Shown piece by piece: positions 63,977 through 64,000 of a stretch of DNA of 64,000 nucleotides. Where the stretch lies: NCBI GenBank assembly GCA_040386275.1, contig JAZKFU010000003.1, forward strand, positions 46,554-110,553, written 5' to 3'. The notes below the pieces were generated by a model. It ran no database searches and had not been told where the DNA came from. It saw only the letters and a program-made list of their open reading frames with translations. This DNA is from Patescibacteria group bacterium (lineage in GTDB: Bacteria; Patescibacteriota; Minisyncoccia; Phycocordibacterales; UBA918). Within the stretch, counting starts at the first letter, position 1; each line of letters starts with the position of its first letter. The translations under genes and the position numbers were made by a program.

Positions 63977-64000
63977 CGCGTATAAAAAACAGCTCAGGCA

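Noticed and set aside
1-64000. rRNA operon or prophage-scale mobile element with integrase/transposase
   Set aside because: No 16S/23S/5S-like sequence. No integrase, transposase, recombinase or phage structural genes recognisable in any frame. The repeat elements are non-autonomous.

Overview
The window is a gene-dense, mostly minus-strand stretch of a small-genome bacterium. Short core proteins (DnaX 346 aa, RelA/SpoT 514 aa), many small single-TM secreted hypotheticals and mixed GC (about 35-57%) are consistent with a Patescibacteria/CPR-like lineage; this is an inference, not shown directly. Housekeeping genes include serS, topA, a relA/spoT homolog, dprA, miaA, dnaX, xseA/xseB, dus, parB, an ftsQ-like gene, a D-Ala-D-Ala carboxypeptidase and DsbA/DsbB-like thiol-disulfide proteins. 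There is a beta-glucoside utilisation set (GH5-like, GH1, GH3), plus a P1B-type ATPase, an aquaporin, a DgkA homolog and a DUF4331-TPR-HupE/UreJ cluster. Four tRNAs are present: Gln-CTG, Leu-CAA, Trp-CCA and Tyr-GTA. The most unusual features are: (a) a repeat family of about 100-nt hairpin elements sitting 3' of three tRNA genes, each ending in a copy of that tRNA's T-loop-to-acceptor 3' segment, with compensatory stem changes between copies. (b) A related MITE-like family with terminal inverted repeats in the spacers upstream of the three glycoside hydrolase genes. (c) An AT-rich accessory cluster of an ATP-grasp ligase, two paralogous FemAB/GNAT-like transferases and a zincin-like HExxH protein. 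(d) Two paralogous proteins that fuse a VirB2/TrbC-pilin-like double-TM module to a CHAP or an SLT peptidoglycan hydrolase domain, between tRNA-Trp and tRNA-Tyr. (e) A GC-rich islet carrying an outer-membrane beta-barrel gene, unexpected for a CPR-like genome. No rRNA genes or CRISPR arrays were seen.
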